DNA from: a virus
Virus record (IMG/VR): IMGVR_UViG_3300028394_000040
Strand: one strand, 5' to 3'
DNA length: 64,000 nucleotides
A program made the position numbers and the translations under genes. The notes below the pieces were generated by a model. It made no database searches and was not told the DNA's origin. It saw nothing but the letters and a program-made list of their open reading frames with translations. This document shows positions 19,740-27,334 of this stretch, in pieces (within the stretch, counting starts at the first letter, position 1; each line of letters opens with the position of its first letter).

Positions 19740-20237
19740 TTACTTATAATGAACATTAGCTTTTAAACTAGGAGAATCAAGTATCATATCATACTCTTCT
19801 GTAGCGGGGTTTATAACATCTCCTTTTTCAAATACTATAGACCCGTAGTCTTCGTATTTACTATCTACGTCTGACATAGCAGCAATCATGTTTAACTTAT
19901 CAAAGTAGTATAGATCCTTTAAGATTAATATAGGACCTCCTTCTGCTTCGTTTTGCAAGCCTTCAGTTTCACCTAACTCATCGCGATAAGAATCAGAAAT
20001 ATCTTCGACTGTATCGTGTAAAAACTGATTAAAAGGAAGCTTTTCAGTCATTAACTGAGTTAGTATGTTAACTACAGTCTCCGGTTGGGATTCAACCATT
20101 GTTTCAAAATATCTATGAATAGTACCTTCATCTAATTTCAAAGCATCAGGATTAGCATCTCCAAACAATTCATTTACGGGCCTCAAACCTGCTATTTGTT
20201 GAAGTCTAAATGCTTCGTTTATAAGTCCTTTTTTCAT
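19740..20237 (-). CDS. Acidic protein with shared leader (copy 4)
   Basis: Begins MKKGLINEAFRLQQIAGLRPVNE. Confidence 0.8.
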   Translation of the reverse strand: MKKGLINEAFRLQQIAGLRPVNELFGDANPDALKLDEGTIHRYFETMVESQPETVVNILTQLMTEKLPFNQFLHDTVEDISDSYRDELGETEGLQNEAEGGPILILKDLYYFDKLNMIAAMSDVDSKYEDYGSIVFEKGDVINPATEEYDMILDSPSLKANVHYK

Positions 20238-20252
20238 TTTATTTTTTTTAAT

Positions 20253-20738
20253 TTAAACTTCATTAACTCCAATTTGATCTAGGAAGTCCCAGATCTCTTC
20301 TGAATCTGCTTCTTCTACAAGGTACTCAACTAAACTTTCTACAGAATCGTATCCATTTTCTTGCATGTAACCTTTAACTAGAGGTAAATCTGATGAAATA
20401 AATGCAGCTGATTCTTCTTCATTGAAGATCATTTGATACTCACCCTCTCCTAATTTATTAAAGGAAGCAAATTCTTCCATCATTCTAACAGCATCTTCAT
20501 CTGTTCCATTGTCAGTTCTAAAATTTACTTGCTCTTCATACTCATTTTGCATGTAAGAATCAGGATCGCCAGGAACAATTATTAACTCTACATCTTCAAT
20601 TTCTCCTCTACTCCCTCCTGTAACTTTGATGTATTTAGAACCTACTTGTTCTTTTTGCAAGCCTACATTAAAGTCTTCTTTGATAATACCTGCTAACTGT
20701 TGAAGTCTAAATGCTTCGTTTATAAATCCTTTTTTCAT
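20253..20738 (-). CDS. Acidic protein with shared leader (copy 3)
   Basis: Begins MKKGFINEAFRLQQLAGIIKE. Confidence 0.8.
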   Translation of the reverse strand: MKKGFINEAFRLQQLAGIIKEDFNVGLQKEQVGSKYIKVTGGSRGEIEDVELIIVPGDPDSYMQNEYEEQVNFRTDNGTDEDAVRMMEEFASFNKLGEGEYQMIFNEEESAAFISSDLPLVKGYMQENGYDSVESLVEYLVEEADSEEIWDFLDQIGVNEV

Positions 20739-20749
20739 TTTATATTAAA

Positions 20750-21643
20750 TTATTGCCAAATTTCATATAAGTGACTATCGGAGAATGCTACAATTAATTT
20801 ACAGTCTAGGCCCTGCACTGCATCCTCATCGTCTCCTAATAAGCCATCTCCCGCTTCTGGACCATATTCAAACTGGATACCCCCTGTTTGATCGAAATCC
20901 GGGTCTTCTTCAGAATACATAGCTCTTTCAGCTTCTAAATTTTGCAATAACTCTTCACCTAGTATATCTTCAGCGTCTCCTATAGAATGACTACCGTAAT
21001 CGGTAATACAAATAACAGGTTGTCTTAAATCAATACCTGCTTTCTGAAAAGCTTCTGTTATCGACTCATCAGCACTAATAATGTATTCTTTCTGCATGCC
21101 CATAGTTCCTTTTTTTTGCATGCCTGGTTTTGCACTTTCCATCTCCATTTCATTACCTTGTTGGTCGTAGTAGTAAGTATATCCTTCTCCATCACCATAA
21201 CCACTTACTTCAAAACCAGTAGCTGTTTGTTCTATAGAGATAACAATTCCACCTTCCATATCTACGTCTCCTACTGTGAATGACGTACCATTAGGGAAAG
21301 AAACACTTTTTATTTCTTTTGGAGAGAAAAGAGCAGTTTTAGCTTGACCCATTTGCTCTCTTTGCATGCCTCTCGACATACCTTCAGCTTCGATTGTAAA
21401 GATAACAATTTTTTGACCATGTATATCTTGATCATACTCTTTGGAAGAAGAAATACCTGCTTTACGTAGTTTATCCTCAATGAATTTCTCATTCTTTATA
21501 AGGTCACTTACAACAGTCTTGCCGTTTTCATCTTCGTATGCACCTAAAGTATTTAAAGTATTAGAATCACCTATTTCATTAATAGGTTTAATACCTGCTA
21601 ACTGTTGAAGCCTAAAAGCCTCTTTAATTAATTGTTTTTTCAT
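20750..21643 (-). CDS. Acidic protein with shared leader (copy 2)
   Basis: Begins MKKQLIKEAFRLQQLAGIKPINE; 297 aa. Confidence 0.8.
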   Translation of the reverse strand: MKKQLIKEAFRLQQLAGIKPINEIGDSNTLNTLGAYEDENGKTVVSDLIKNEKFIEDKLRKAGISSSKEYDQDIHGQKIVIFTIEAEGMSRGMQREQMGQAKTALFSPKEIKSVSFPNGTSFTVGDVDMEGGIVISIEQTATGFEVSGYGDGEGYTYYYDQQGNEMEMESAKPGMQKKGTMGMQKEYIISADESITEAFQKAGIDLRQPVICITDYGSHSIGDAEDILGEELLQNLEAERAMYSEEDPDFDQTGGIQFEYGPEAGDGLLGDDEDAVQGLDCKLIVAFSDSHLYEIWQ

Positions 21644-21659
21644 TTTAATTGATTGTTTT

Positions 21660-22241
21660 TTAATTTAAGTAATCCATTAATAAATCGTGAACAAAATCAC
21701 TATCGTCATTTAACATCTCTAGTTCTTGTTCTGTATAAGGAGAACCGTCGCTATGTTCGGCATAGTCAATATAAGCATCACTATAGTCCGGTCTGTCCCA
21801 ATGGTGAACATCGTCAAAAGTAACGTTGTAAACATCTCTTGGATCAATACCTTGGGATGCAATGCCGGCCATCTCTTTTAACCTAATTGCCTCTTTGATT
21901 AAACCCTTTTGAGAGACCCCCGCATTCTCATATATATATTTACCTTTTTTCTTCGTCGCTTCGTAGAGAGATGCATCATGAGATGCCATCTCAGAGCCTT
22001 GTCTTTCCTCATAGTCATCTATCCCTTTAGCATTTTCTGCCTCCGATGAATAGATATGTTTATTCAGAAACTCGATTATATCGTTATCTTCGAAGCCATC
22101 CTTGATTAGGTCGTCCATAATGGCCGATGCCGCCTGGCGAAAGGCATGCAAATCTTTTTGATTGACAAGGCCTTCCATTCTATTATCGCCTTCTTTCATG
22201 CCTAGGCTATCTAGGGCTTCTTTAATAGTTCTTTTTTTCAT
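21660..22241 (-). CDS. Acidic protein with a partial N-terminal and an internal copy of the leader (copy 1)
   Basis: Begins MKKRTIKEA; internal QKGLIKEAIRLKEMAGI precedes an acidic C-terminal domain. Confidence 0.8.
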   Translation of the reverse strand: MKKRTIKEALDSLGMKEGDNRMEGLVNQKDLHAFRQAASAIMDDLIKDGFEDNDIIEFLNKHIYSSEAENAKGIDDYEERQGSEMASHDASLYEATKKKGKYIYENAGVSQKGLIKEAIRLKEMAGIASQGIDPRDVYNVTFDDVHHWDRPDYSDAYIDYAEHSDGSPYTEQELEMLNDDSDFVHDLLMDYLN

Positions 22242-22263
22242 TCTTTAGTATTAGCTATACAGT

Positions 22264-22271
22264 TATAAATA
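22264..22271 (-). promoter_or_regulatory. Putative late promoter TATTTATA heading the leader-protein array
   Basis: About 23 nt upstream of ATG 22241. Confidence 0.55.
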
Positions 22272-22393
22272 TCGATGTCATAGACTATATGTCTATTCCG
22301 ATTGCATATATATTTTGCTATAGGTAAAAAAATCTTGCTCCCACGGAAGCACGGTTCTGAGGAATCATACAAGGGTCCGGAGGTTGAAAATCG

Positions 22394-22861
22394 CTAATCC
22401 ATTTCCGGATCCTCTATACCTAGTACCTCAAATATCACTTTTCTTATATACATAAAATTAACGAAGAAGCCTTCTCTATTACTTTCAACCCTATAGTCAT
22501 CCAATCGTCTATGTATTTCTTGTTCTTTATTATAGGGCTCATCGCAAAACCAAAAATCGCGTACCTGCCATGGAGTAATAACCCCGGTAGCACTATTAAT
22601 CTCATTTATTCTCTCGGCCACGCTTCTCTCTGTAAAGCCTACCTTAAAAATGCCTGGCATAGATGTATTTTGCAGAACATAGATATGGCCGGTTGAACCG
22701 GACTTACCGTAGCCGTGTTTTTTTTTATAGTATTTTACCGACCAAGAATTATGGCCTTCCTCTTTAAAGGTATAGCCATTGGCAGTTTTTACAGTGTTAC
22801 GTATTTGTTCATCGTCCATTTCGTAAAACTTTGATAAATCCTTGCCTGTTAAATTTTTCAT
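22394..22861 (-). CDS. GIY-YIG family T5orf172/MUG113-like protein
   Basis: GHIYVLQN..PGIFKVGFTERSVAERINEIN..TGV..E..IH..L..R..REGF. Confidence 0.85.
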   Translation of the reverse strand: MKNLTGKDLSKFYEMDDEQIRNTVKTANGYTFKEEGHNSWSVKYYKKKHGYGKSGSTGHIYVLQNTSMPGIFKVGFTERSVAERINEINSATGVITPWQVRDFWFCDEPYNKEQEIHRRLDDYRVESNREGFFVNFMYIRKVIFEVLGIEDPEMD

Positions 22862-22911
22862 TCTCTTTTACTTTATATGAATATATATTGACTTAAGGTA
22901 GAAATTTGAAG

Positions 22912-23054
22912 AGCGTTTGGTGCAGCAGTTACCCCCGCGGGTCTCCTGTAATACTGCCTATGGGCTATAACCACGTTGGTGGAATACTGCTCTCAGTCTT
23001 GTCTCAGTCGGGCGACGACTGCCACGGCGATGACCACCGAGCCCATTCGGTCCC
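22912..23054 (-). ncRNA. Candidate structured GC-rich RNA or DNA element
   Basis: Intergenic and much more GC-rich than its surroundings. Stems ACCGA/TCGGT, CAGTCG/CGACTG, CCAC/GTGG and GCAG..TTAC/GTAA..CTGC, plus ATGGGCT/AGCCCAT long-range complementarity. Confidence 0.35.
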
Positions 23055-23055
23055 T

Positions 23056-23514
23056 TTAGTCCTCTATCGCTCTCCATGCCTTCTGTATAGGTCTACGTAG
23101 TCCTTCACTATAGTCGATAATAACGCCATCTACAACGGCCAATGCATGTCTTCTTACTACTACGAAGTATTTACCTTTGTTATAGGTCTTAGCGAATGTT
23201 CCTACGGTCATTGATCGTTCTACCATCTTACCTTGGTTGTTGTAGTAGGTCTTGATCTCTCTCCCGTTAAGAGTTATAATGCTATTATCATTTAAGAATC
23301 CTTTAGTGATGTTAGTAAGAGTAACTCCTTTGTTGAAACGTCTCTTAAAGTTATCACTAGCATAACCTAATGCATCCTGATATGGAATGTTCTTTACTAT
23401 AGCTAATGCCTTAACTGAACAGTCGCTGCTTTGATACTTGAATGGAGTAGTGCTTAGCTCGGATAAGCCTTTGGCAATTAGAGCCTCCTTGATGTGTACG
23501 AATTGATTTGACAT
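23056..23514 (-). CDS. Conserved phage protein with DC..A motif (papain-like/peptidase-like fold possible)
   Basis: SDCSVKALAI..HALAVVDGVIID Cys-His-Asp pattern; has its own promoter cassette. Confidence 0.6.
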   Translation of the reverse strand: MSNQFVHIKEALIAKGLSELSTTPFKYQSSDCSVKALAIVKNIPYQDALGYASDNFKRRFNKGVTLTNITKGFLNDNSIITLNGREIKTYYNNQGKMVERSMTVGTFAKTYNKGKYFVVVRRHALAVVDGVIIDYSEGLRRPIQKAWRAIED

Positions 23515-23536
23515 AACCTTTATTTTTTAATGTACC

Positions 23537-23575
23537 TAAATGTAAGAAGAAGGAGGCAGAATGGCAACTGCCTCC
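23537..23575 (-). promoter_or_regulatory. Host-type early promoter overlapped by a hairpin/terminator
   Basis: GGAGGCAG-TTGCCATT-CTGCCTCC-TTCTTCT-TACATTTA, i.e. TTG-N20-TAnnTTTA. Confidence 0.75.
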
Positions 23576-23586
23576 CTATCTTTCTT

Positions 23587-23961
23587 TTAAAGAGCGTTAG
23601 CCGGCTCCTCTACAGTAACGTAGACGTCTATAGCTTGCTCAATGATCCTAGATAGACTACTACGACTTACTTCATAGCTATCAACCTCTATACAGTTACC
23701 GCTTAAGCTAAACTCAGTATCAGAGATAACATCATCGATACTATCTTCTATATGACTGACTACCTCTTCAACTAAAGACTCATATTGCATGGGCGTTAAC
23801 TTAAAGAATATTTCTTCTTCGTTTGACTTAGCCCCTAACTGAGATCTCATCTGATCTTCCATACCGACCTTCTCGATAATGTACTGCATGCTTTCGCCAT
23901 CTATGTTGATACCGTTCAACACTGCGATTACTAACTCGATGTTTGCATTTTGATTTGTCAT
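23587..23961 (-). CDS. Acidic hypothetical protein (early)
   Basis: 124 aa with AAAGGTT-ATG leader. Confidence 0.75.
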   Translation of the reverse strand: MTNQNANIELVIAVLNGINIDGESMQYIIEKVGMEDQMRSQLGAKSNEEEIFFKLTPMQYESLVEEVVSHIEDSIDDVISDTEFSLSGNCIEVDSYEVSRSSLSRIIEQAIDVYVTVEEPANAL

Positions 23962-24003
23962 AACCTTTATTGTTTAAATTGTGATTGATTAATTACTACT
24001 TTA

Positions 24004-24036
24004 TAAAGATAATAGATAGGATGCAGAAAGGCAACT
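24004..24036 (-). promoter_or_regulatory. Host-type early promoter
   Basis: AGTTG-N20-TATCTTTA. Confidence 0.7.
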
Positions 24037-24085
24037 AGATCATAAGAAAGTTTTAAAAATAAAGTTTAAAAAAAGATCCCAACTT

Positions 24086-24118
24086 AGTTGCTCTTACGAG
24101 CTTTTTTTCGTAATTTAC
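24086..24118 (+). promoter_or_regulatory. Plus-strand copy of the early promoter with no downstream ORF
   Basis: AGTTG-CTCTTACGAGCTTTTTTTCG-TAATTTAC. Confidence 0.45.
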
Positions 24119-24152
24119 GGTACTTTTTAATCCACCCCTAACTTTCTCCTAT

Positions 24153-24182
24153 AAAAAAACCTCCGTCAAAGACAGAGGCTTT
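24153..24182 (-). terminator. Intrinsic terminator (possibly bidirectional)
   Basis: CCTCTGTC-TTT-GACGGAGG followed by T7 on the minus strand. Confidence 0.75.
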
Positions 24183-24211
24183 AGTAATTTAACCTTAACT
24201 ATGAATACAAC

Positions 24212-24382
24212 CTACTTAACTTTCCTTCGGCTAACTAACTTGTTAGCTTGTTTTGTAATTGATTCGTTGACACGACGTCCTGCGATTACATTATGGACGT
24301 GTGACAAACTGTAACCAGTTGTGATTGCTACCTTAGCAAGATCCCCTTGCTTCTGGCGCTCTTTAAAAAATGTGTTTACCAT
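24212..24382 (-). CDS. Small Cro/XRE-like HTH protein (56 aa; not in the ORF track)
   Basis: MVNTFFKERQKQGDLAKVAITTGYSLSHVHNVIAGRRVNESITKQANKLVSRRKVK; has its own promoter and terminator. Confidence 0.75.
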   Translation of the reverse strand: MVNTFFKERQKQGDLAKVAITTGYSLSHVHNVIAGRRVNESITKQANKLVSRRKVK

Positions 24383-24406
24383 TGTTACGATGTTTTTAAG
24401 TTCTCT

Positions 24407-24439
24407 TAAATCTATGAACTTGTTTACGAGAAGGCAACT
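24407..24439 (-). promoter_or_regulatory. Host-type early promoter
   Basis: AGTTG-N20-TAGATTTA. Confidence 0.7.
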
Positions 24440-24450
24440 ATTTTCAAAGA

Positions 24451-24476
24451 AAAAAAAAGGGCCCTAAGGCCCCTTC
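24451..24476 (-). terminator. Intrinsic terminator
   Basis: AAGGGGCCTTAGGGCCC followed by a T8 run. Confidence 0.75.
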
Positions 24477-24480
24477 TCTC

Positions 24481-25290
24481 TTAGGCGACTAATTCGTAGT
24501 CTGTAAACTGAGTAGCCATCTCCCAAAGGTTCTGATTAAGCTCTACGTCTGCAAGCATGTTAGTAATCTTTCTAACCTTACGCTGCTTACCTGCTTTATT
24601 CTTAACAACGAACCCTCCGTGAGTTAAATGCTCTTGAACTCTATTAAAGACCTTCCAAAGAGTATTACCTTCATCCTCCTTGCGAGTAGATTCAACCATT
24701 AAGACTAACTCTTCCTCAGTCATTGCAGCATCCTCTCCGAAACGAATCGCAGCTGCCTTAGTAACGAAGTTCTTAATCTCATCTTCGGTCATAACCTTCT
24801 CAGTGAAAGCATTAATGCGACCAACTACTACCGGCAAAGCTCCTACTGCATTATTTACTAACTGCTGAAGCTCTCCAAATGAATAACCGAAGTGACGAAG
24901 ATTAAAAGATCCTAAATCTTTATCTTTGATGACCAATCCATTAGAGCAGATCAATCTGAAGACTCCAATTTCAAAACGTAACCTTCCCCAACCTCTATGG
25001 TTATTGATGATTAACACTTCCGGATAAGCTTCTACCTCGCCATTCTCATCCAAGATAGCAATCTCTGGATTATAAAATTTAACTAAGTGCTTACCGTAAG
25101 TAAGTTGAACTGGATTCTTACTCGTCATAGCTTTCGCATCTGAAACGAACCATCCTAACTTCTCCATATCTTCTATGATCTGGAATGTAGGAAGAAAAGA
25201 ATACTTTGCTGATACAGAATCAATTGGAGACTCTGTGTAAATTTGCGGAGCTAAAGCTTTGATTTCCGCTGGATTCAATTTGTGTGACAT
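24481..25290 (-). CDS. DUF932/DUF945 family protein
   Basis: SAKYSFLPT, H.VKF, IINNH, GVFRLICSNGL, RKEDEGNTLWKVFNRVQEHL and LNQNLW motifs. Confidence 0.85.
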   Translation of the reverse strand: MSHKLNPAEIKALAPQIYTESPIDSVSAKYSFLPTFQIIEDMEKLGWFVSDAKAMTSKNPVQLTYGKHLVKFYNPEIAILDENGEVEAYPEVLIINNHRGWGRLRFEIGVFRLICSNGLVIKDKDLGSFNLRHFGYSFGELQQLVNNAVGALPVVVGRINAFTEKVMTEDEIKNFVTKAAAIRFGEDAAMTEEELVLMVESTRKEDEGNTLWKVFNRVQEHLTHGGFVVKNKAGKQRKVRKITNMLADVELNQNLWEMATQFTDYELVA

Positions 25291-25327
25291 AACCTTTTTG
25301 TTTAAATGAATAATTAATTTCTATACC

Positions 25328-25360
25328 TAAAGATCGTTGTTTAGTTTCAGACTACCAACT
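25328..25360 (-). promoter_or_regulatory. Host-type early promoter (variant)
   Basis: AGTTG-N20-GATCTTTA. Confidence 0.55.
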
Positions 25361-25498
25361 TTTCTTCTTATTTTTTTTGATCGTTGTATAAAATCTTTTG
25401 TCGAACGAATCATCTTTGATATTAAAGTAGGTCAAAGTGAATCCTAAAAAAGCTCCTAGAGCTAATAGGATAGCAAGAATGGCTGCTAATAGATTCAT
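25352..25498 (-). CDS. Small membrane protein (48 aa; not in the ORF track)
   Basis: MNLLAAILAILLALGAFLGFTLTYFNIKDDSFDKRFYTTIKKNKKKSW. Confidence 0.55.
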   Translation of the reverse strand: MNLLAAILAILLALGAFLGFTLTYFNIKDDSFDKRFYTTIKKNKKKSW

Positions 25499-25499
25499 T

Positions 25500-25691
25500 T
25501 TATTTACGTTTAGCAAACTTACCCGTCTCGAAATCCCGGAGGACCTTCTTGCCTCTCTTGGTTGTGATCTCTTCGATCATTTGGATGTCTTGCTTGATAG
25601 CTTTGATGCAATAGAATGCCGCTACCGAAAGAATTACTACGCTACCTACTACTTGGAAGATAGCCATTGGAGTGTTTAACATTTCTGACAT
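25500..25691 (-). CDS. Small membrane protein
   Basis: TM helix and a basic C-terminus with an RD..TGKF.K motif. Confidence 0.7.
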   Translation of the reverse strand: MSEMLNTPMAIFQVVGSVVILSVAAFYCIKAIKQDIQMIEEITTKRGKKVLRDFETGKFAKRK

Positions 25692-25715
25692 AACTTTTAT
25701 TTTTTGATTGATACC

Positions 25716-25754
25716 TTAAGTTAAGAACAAGGAGGCAGAAAAGCAACTGCCTCC
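25716..25754 (-). promoter_or_regulatory. Early promoter + hairpin cassette
   Basis: GGAGGCAG-TTGCTTTT-CTGCCTCC-TTGTTCT-TAACTTAA. Confidence 0.75.
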
Positions 25755-25765
25755 GAAGATTTATT

Positions 25766-25936
25766 TTAGCTACCTGCTATTTCGCAGCAATAGCTAACCT
25801 CTTCTGAGGTGAAGGAGTCTCCTAACTTTTCTAACTGGTCAACTAACTCCTCAGTAGCCTGTCCGTAGATTTCAATCTCTCTATTAACTAGAGACTGTAT
25901 ATCTAAAAATCTCAAAACTTTTTGTTTGTTTAACAT
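25766..25936 (-). CDS. Small acidic protein (56 aa; not in the ORF track)
   Basis: MLNKQKVLRFLDIQSLVNREIEIYGQATEELVDQLEKLGDSFTSEEVSYCCEIAGS; AAAGGTT-ATG leader. Confidence 0.7.
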   Translation of the reverse strand: MLNKQKVLRFLDIQSLVNREIEIYGQATEELVDQLEKLGDSFTSEEVSYCCEIAGS

Positions 25937-25978
25937 AACCTTTATTTTTAAGTGATTGATTAATTACTTACTACATTA

Positions 25979-26011
25979 TAAAGGTACGAACTTGATCGCG
26001 TAAAGGCAACT
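25979..26011 (-). promoter_or_regulatory. Host-type early promoter
   Basis: AGTTG-CCTTTACGCGATCAAGTTCG-TACCTTTA. Confidence 0.7.
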
Positions 26012-26030
26012 ATTATTTAAAAAAGTTTCT

Positions 26031-26101
26031 CTTAAAAAAAAAGAACAAACTACGTCTGATCTCTTCAAGTTACGTCCTCGTGTGTCTCGATCTCTCATTG
26101 A
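26031..26101 (-). ncRNA. Candidate small RNA (or 21-aa mini-ORF)
   Basis: About 70 nt between a promoter and a T9 run; lacks the standard A-rich leader. Confidence 0.35.
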
Positions 26102-26106
26102 CAACC

Positions 26107-26139
26107 TTAATGTACGAACTTGATCGTAAGAAGGCAACT
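26107..26139 (-). promoter_or_regulatory. Host-type early promoter containing a TACGA-N6-TCGTA palindrome
   Basis: AGTTG-CCTTCTTACGATCAAGTTCG-TACATTAA. Confidence 0.7.
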
Positions 26140-26166
26140 AGATCATGATCTTTTTTTCCTTCGAAC

Positions 26167-26193
26167 AAAAGAAAGGAGGACCTAAATCCTCCT
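26167..26193 (-). terminator. Intrinsic terminator
   Basis: AGGAGGA-TTTAGG-TCCTCCT followed by TTCTTTT. Confidence 0.7.
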
Positions 26194-26218
26194 ACTCCTT
26201 CACTTATAATCAATCAAA

Positions 26219-26602
26219 TTATAATTTTACTTGGTACTTTTCCTCAACAAAACGTTTAGCGACTGCGACAACAAATTTGTTCGGCTTATGACCGTTTAAG
26301 ATAGAGCTCACATAAGTAGGGCTGATCTTAGAAAGCTTTGCAATCTCTTGATTGTCTCCTCTTCGTAGATACTTCTTGAATGGGAAGAGAACTTTAGGAG
26401 TAGTAATAACCTTCTTAACGATTCGTTTAATCGAACCTTCCTTGATTAATTCAGAGAGAACATTCTCCGTAACAAGTTGAACGTGTGCGGTAGTGATCGA
26501 ATCGACATTAATGCCTTTGATCATCTTAATTACTTCCGAAACCGGCAAGTAAGTGTTTGGTGCGGAGTTCTTAAGCGACTCCAACAAAGCTTGTTTTTCC
26601 AT
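26219..26602 (-). CDS. Protein with a C-terminal XRE-like HTH
   Basis: RRGDNQEIAKLSKISPTYVSSILNG; similar to the HTH at 24212-24382. Confidence 0.7.
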   Translation of the reverse strand: MEKQALLESLKNSAPNTYLPVSEVIKMIKGINVDSITTAHVQLVTENVLSELIKEGSIKRIVKKVITTPKVLFPFKKYLRRGDNQEIAKLSKISPTYVSSILNGHKPNKFVVAVAKRFVEEKYQVKL

Positions 26603-26633
26603 AACTGATTATTTATTTTTACTGATTGATTAA

Positions 26634-26966
26634 TTACTTCTCTAAAGAAACGAACCCTTCATCAGAAAGGCAACTCTTTTTAGTTTTATATCCTGCCGGC
26701 CTATATAGCCGTAGCTTCTTTATTAGCTCCTCAATCTCCTTCTCATCAAGCCATCCAACGACTCCGGACGTACCTTCAAGTATAGGATGCTCCTCAACAA
26801 TGTCTCCTTCGAAGAAGATAGCCATTTCATAGAGGCCTTTATCACCTCCGTAGGTATGTTCTCCCTTGACGATGCTAAGGGTGTAGCCGTTATTCAAGAC
26901 TACTAAGCCTTGAGTACCATCTCCCCCCCTCCGGGGGAAGAATGGAATCATATCAAATGTTATCAT
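26634..26966 (-). CDS. Conserved phage hypothetical protein
   Basis: Likely start MITFDMI (ATGA overlap with the upstream stop). NGYTLSIV..TYGG..GLYEMAI..VVGWL motif. The C-terminus runs through the next promoter. Confidence 0.7.
   Translation of the reverse strand: MITFDMIPFFPRRGGDGTQGLVVLNNGYTLSIVKGEHTYGGDKGLYEMAIFFEGDIVEEHPILEGTSGVVGWLDEKEIEELIKKLRLYRPAGYKTKKSCLSDEGFVSLEK
26643..26675 (-). promoter_or_regulatory. Host-type early promoter (variant)
   Basis: AGTTG-N20-TTTCTTTA followed by the TAATTAATCAATCA leader. Confidence 0.55.
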
Positions 26967-27259
26967 GATATAACTTCTGAGGTTTGTTTTAAATAAGAGC
27001 TCGAGAATTGGTAGTATATAGAAGCAATATCTTCCTCCCAACTCCCATCAATAATATTATGCAATCCTCCCAACTCAATATAGGATATAATCTCCCCTAC
27101 GGAGTCCATATTCTCGATAGCAATGCTTAAATTACCCATTGCTTTGTAATGATCCCCTATCTCTGAGAAGTGAAGATCTTCTGATCGGAGGTCGTACATT
27201 TCCCTAATCCTTAACTGCACATTATCCTTAGCACAGCGTAATAATGATTTTTTTTCCAT
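26963..27259 (-). CDS. Hypothetical protein (early)
   Basis: Start MEKKSLL after AAAGGTT. The ORF-track N-terminal extension is translated promoter cassette. Confidence 0.7.
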   Translation of the reverse strand: MEKKSLLRCAKDNVQLRIREMYDLRSEDLHFSEIGDHYKAMGNLSIAIENMDSVGEIISYIELGGLHNIIDGSWEEDIASIYYQFSSSYLKQTSEVIS

Positions 27260-27285
27260 AACCTTTATTTGTTTTGATTGATGAC

Positions 27286-27324
27286 TAAATTTAGGAAGAA
27301 GGAGGCAGAATAGCAACTGCCTCC
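27286..27324 (-). promoter_or_regulatory. Early promoter + hairpin cassette
   Basis: GGAGGCAG-TTGCTATT-CTGCCTCC-TTCTTCC-TAAATTTA. Confidence 0.75.
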
Positions 27325-27334
27325 CAAAATCTTT

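Noticed and set aside
18752-22241. Diversity-generating retroelement behind the repeated leaders
   Set aside because: No reverse transcriptase in the window. The repeats are N-terminal and their differences are not adenine-specific.
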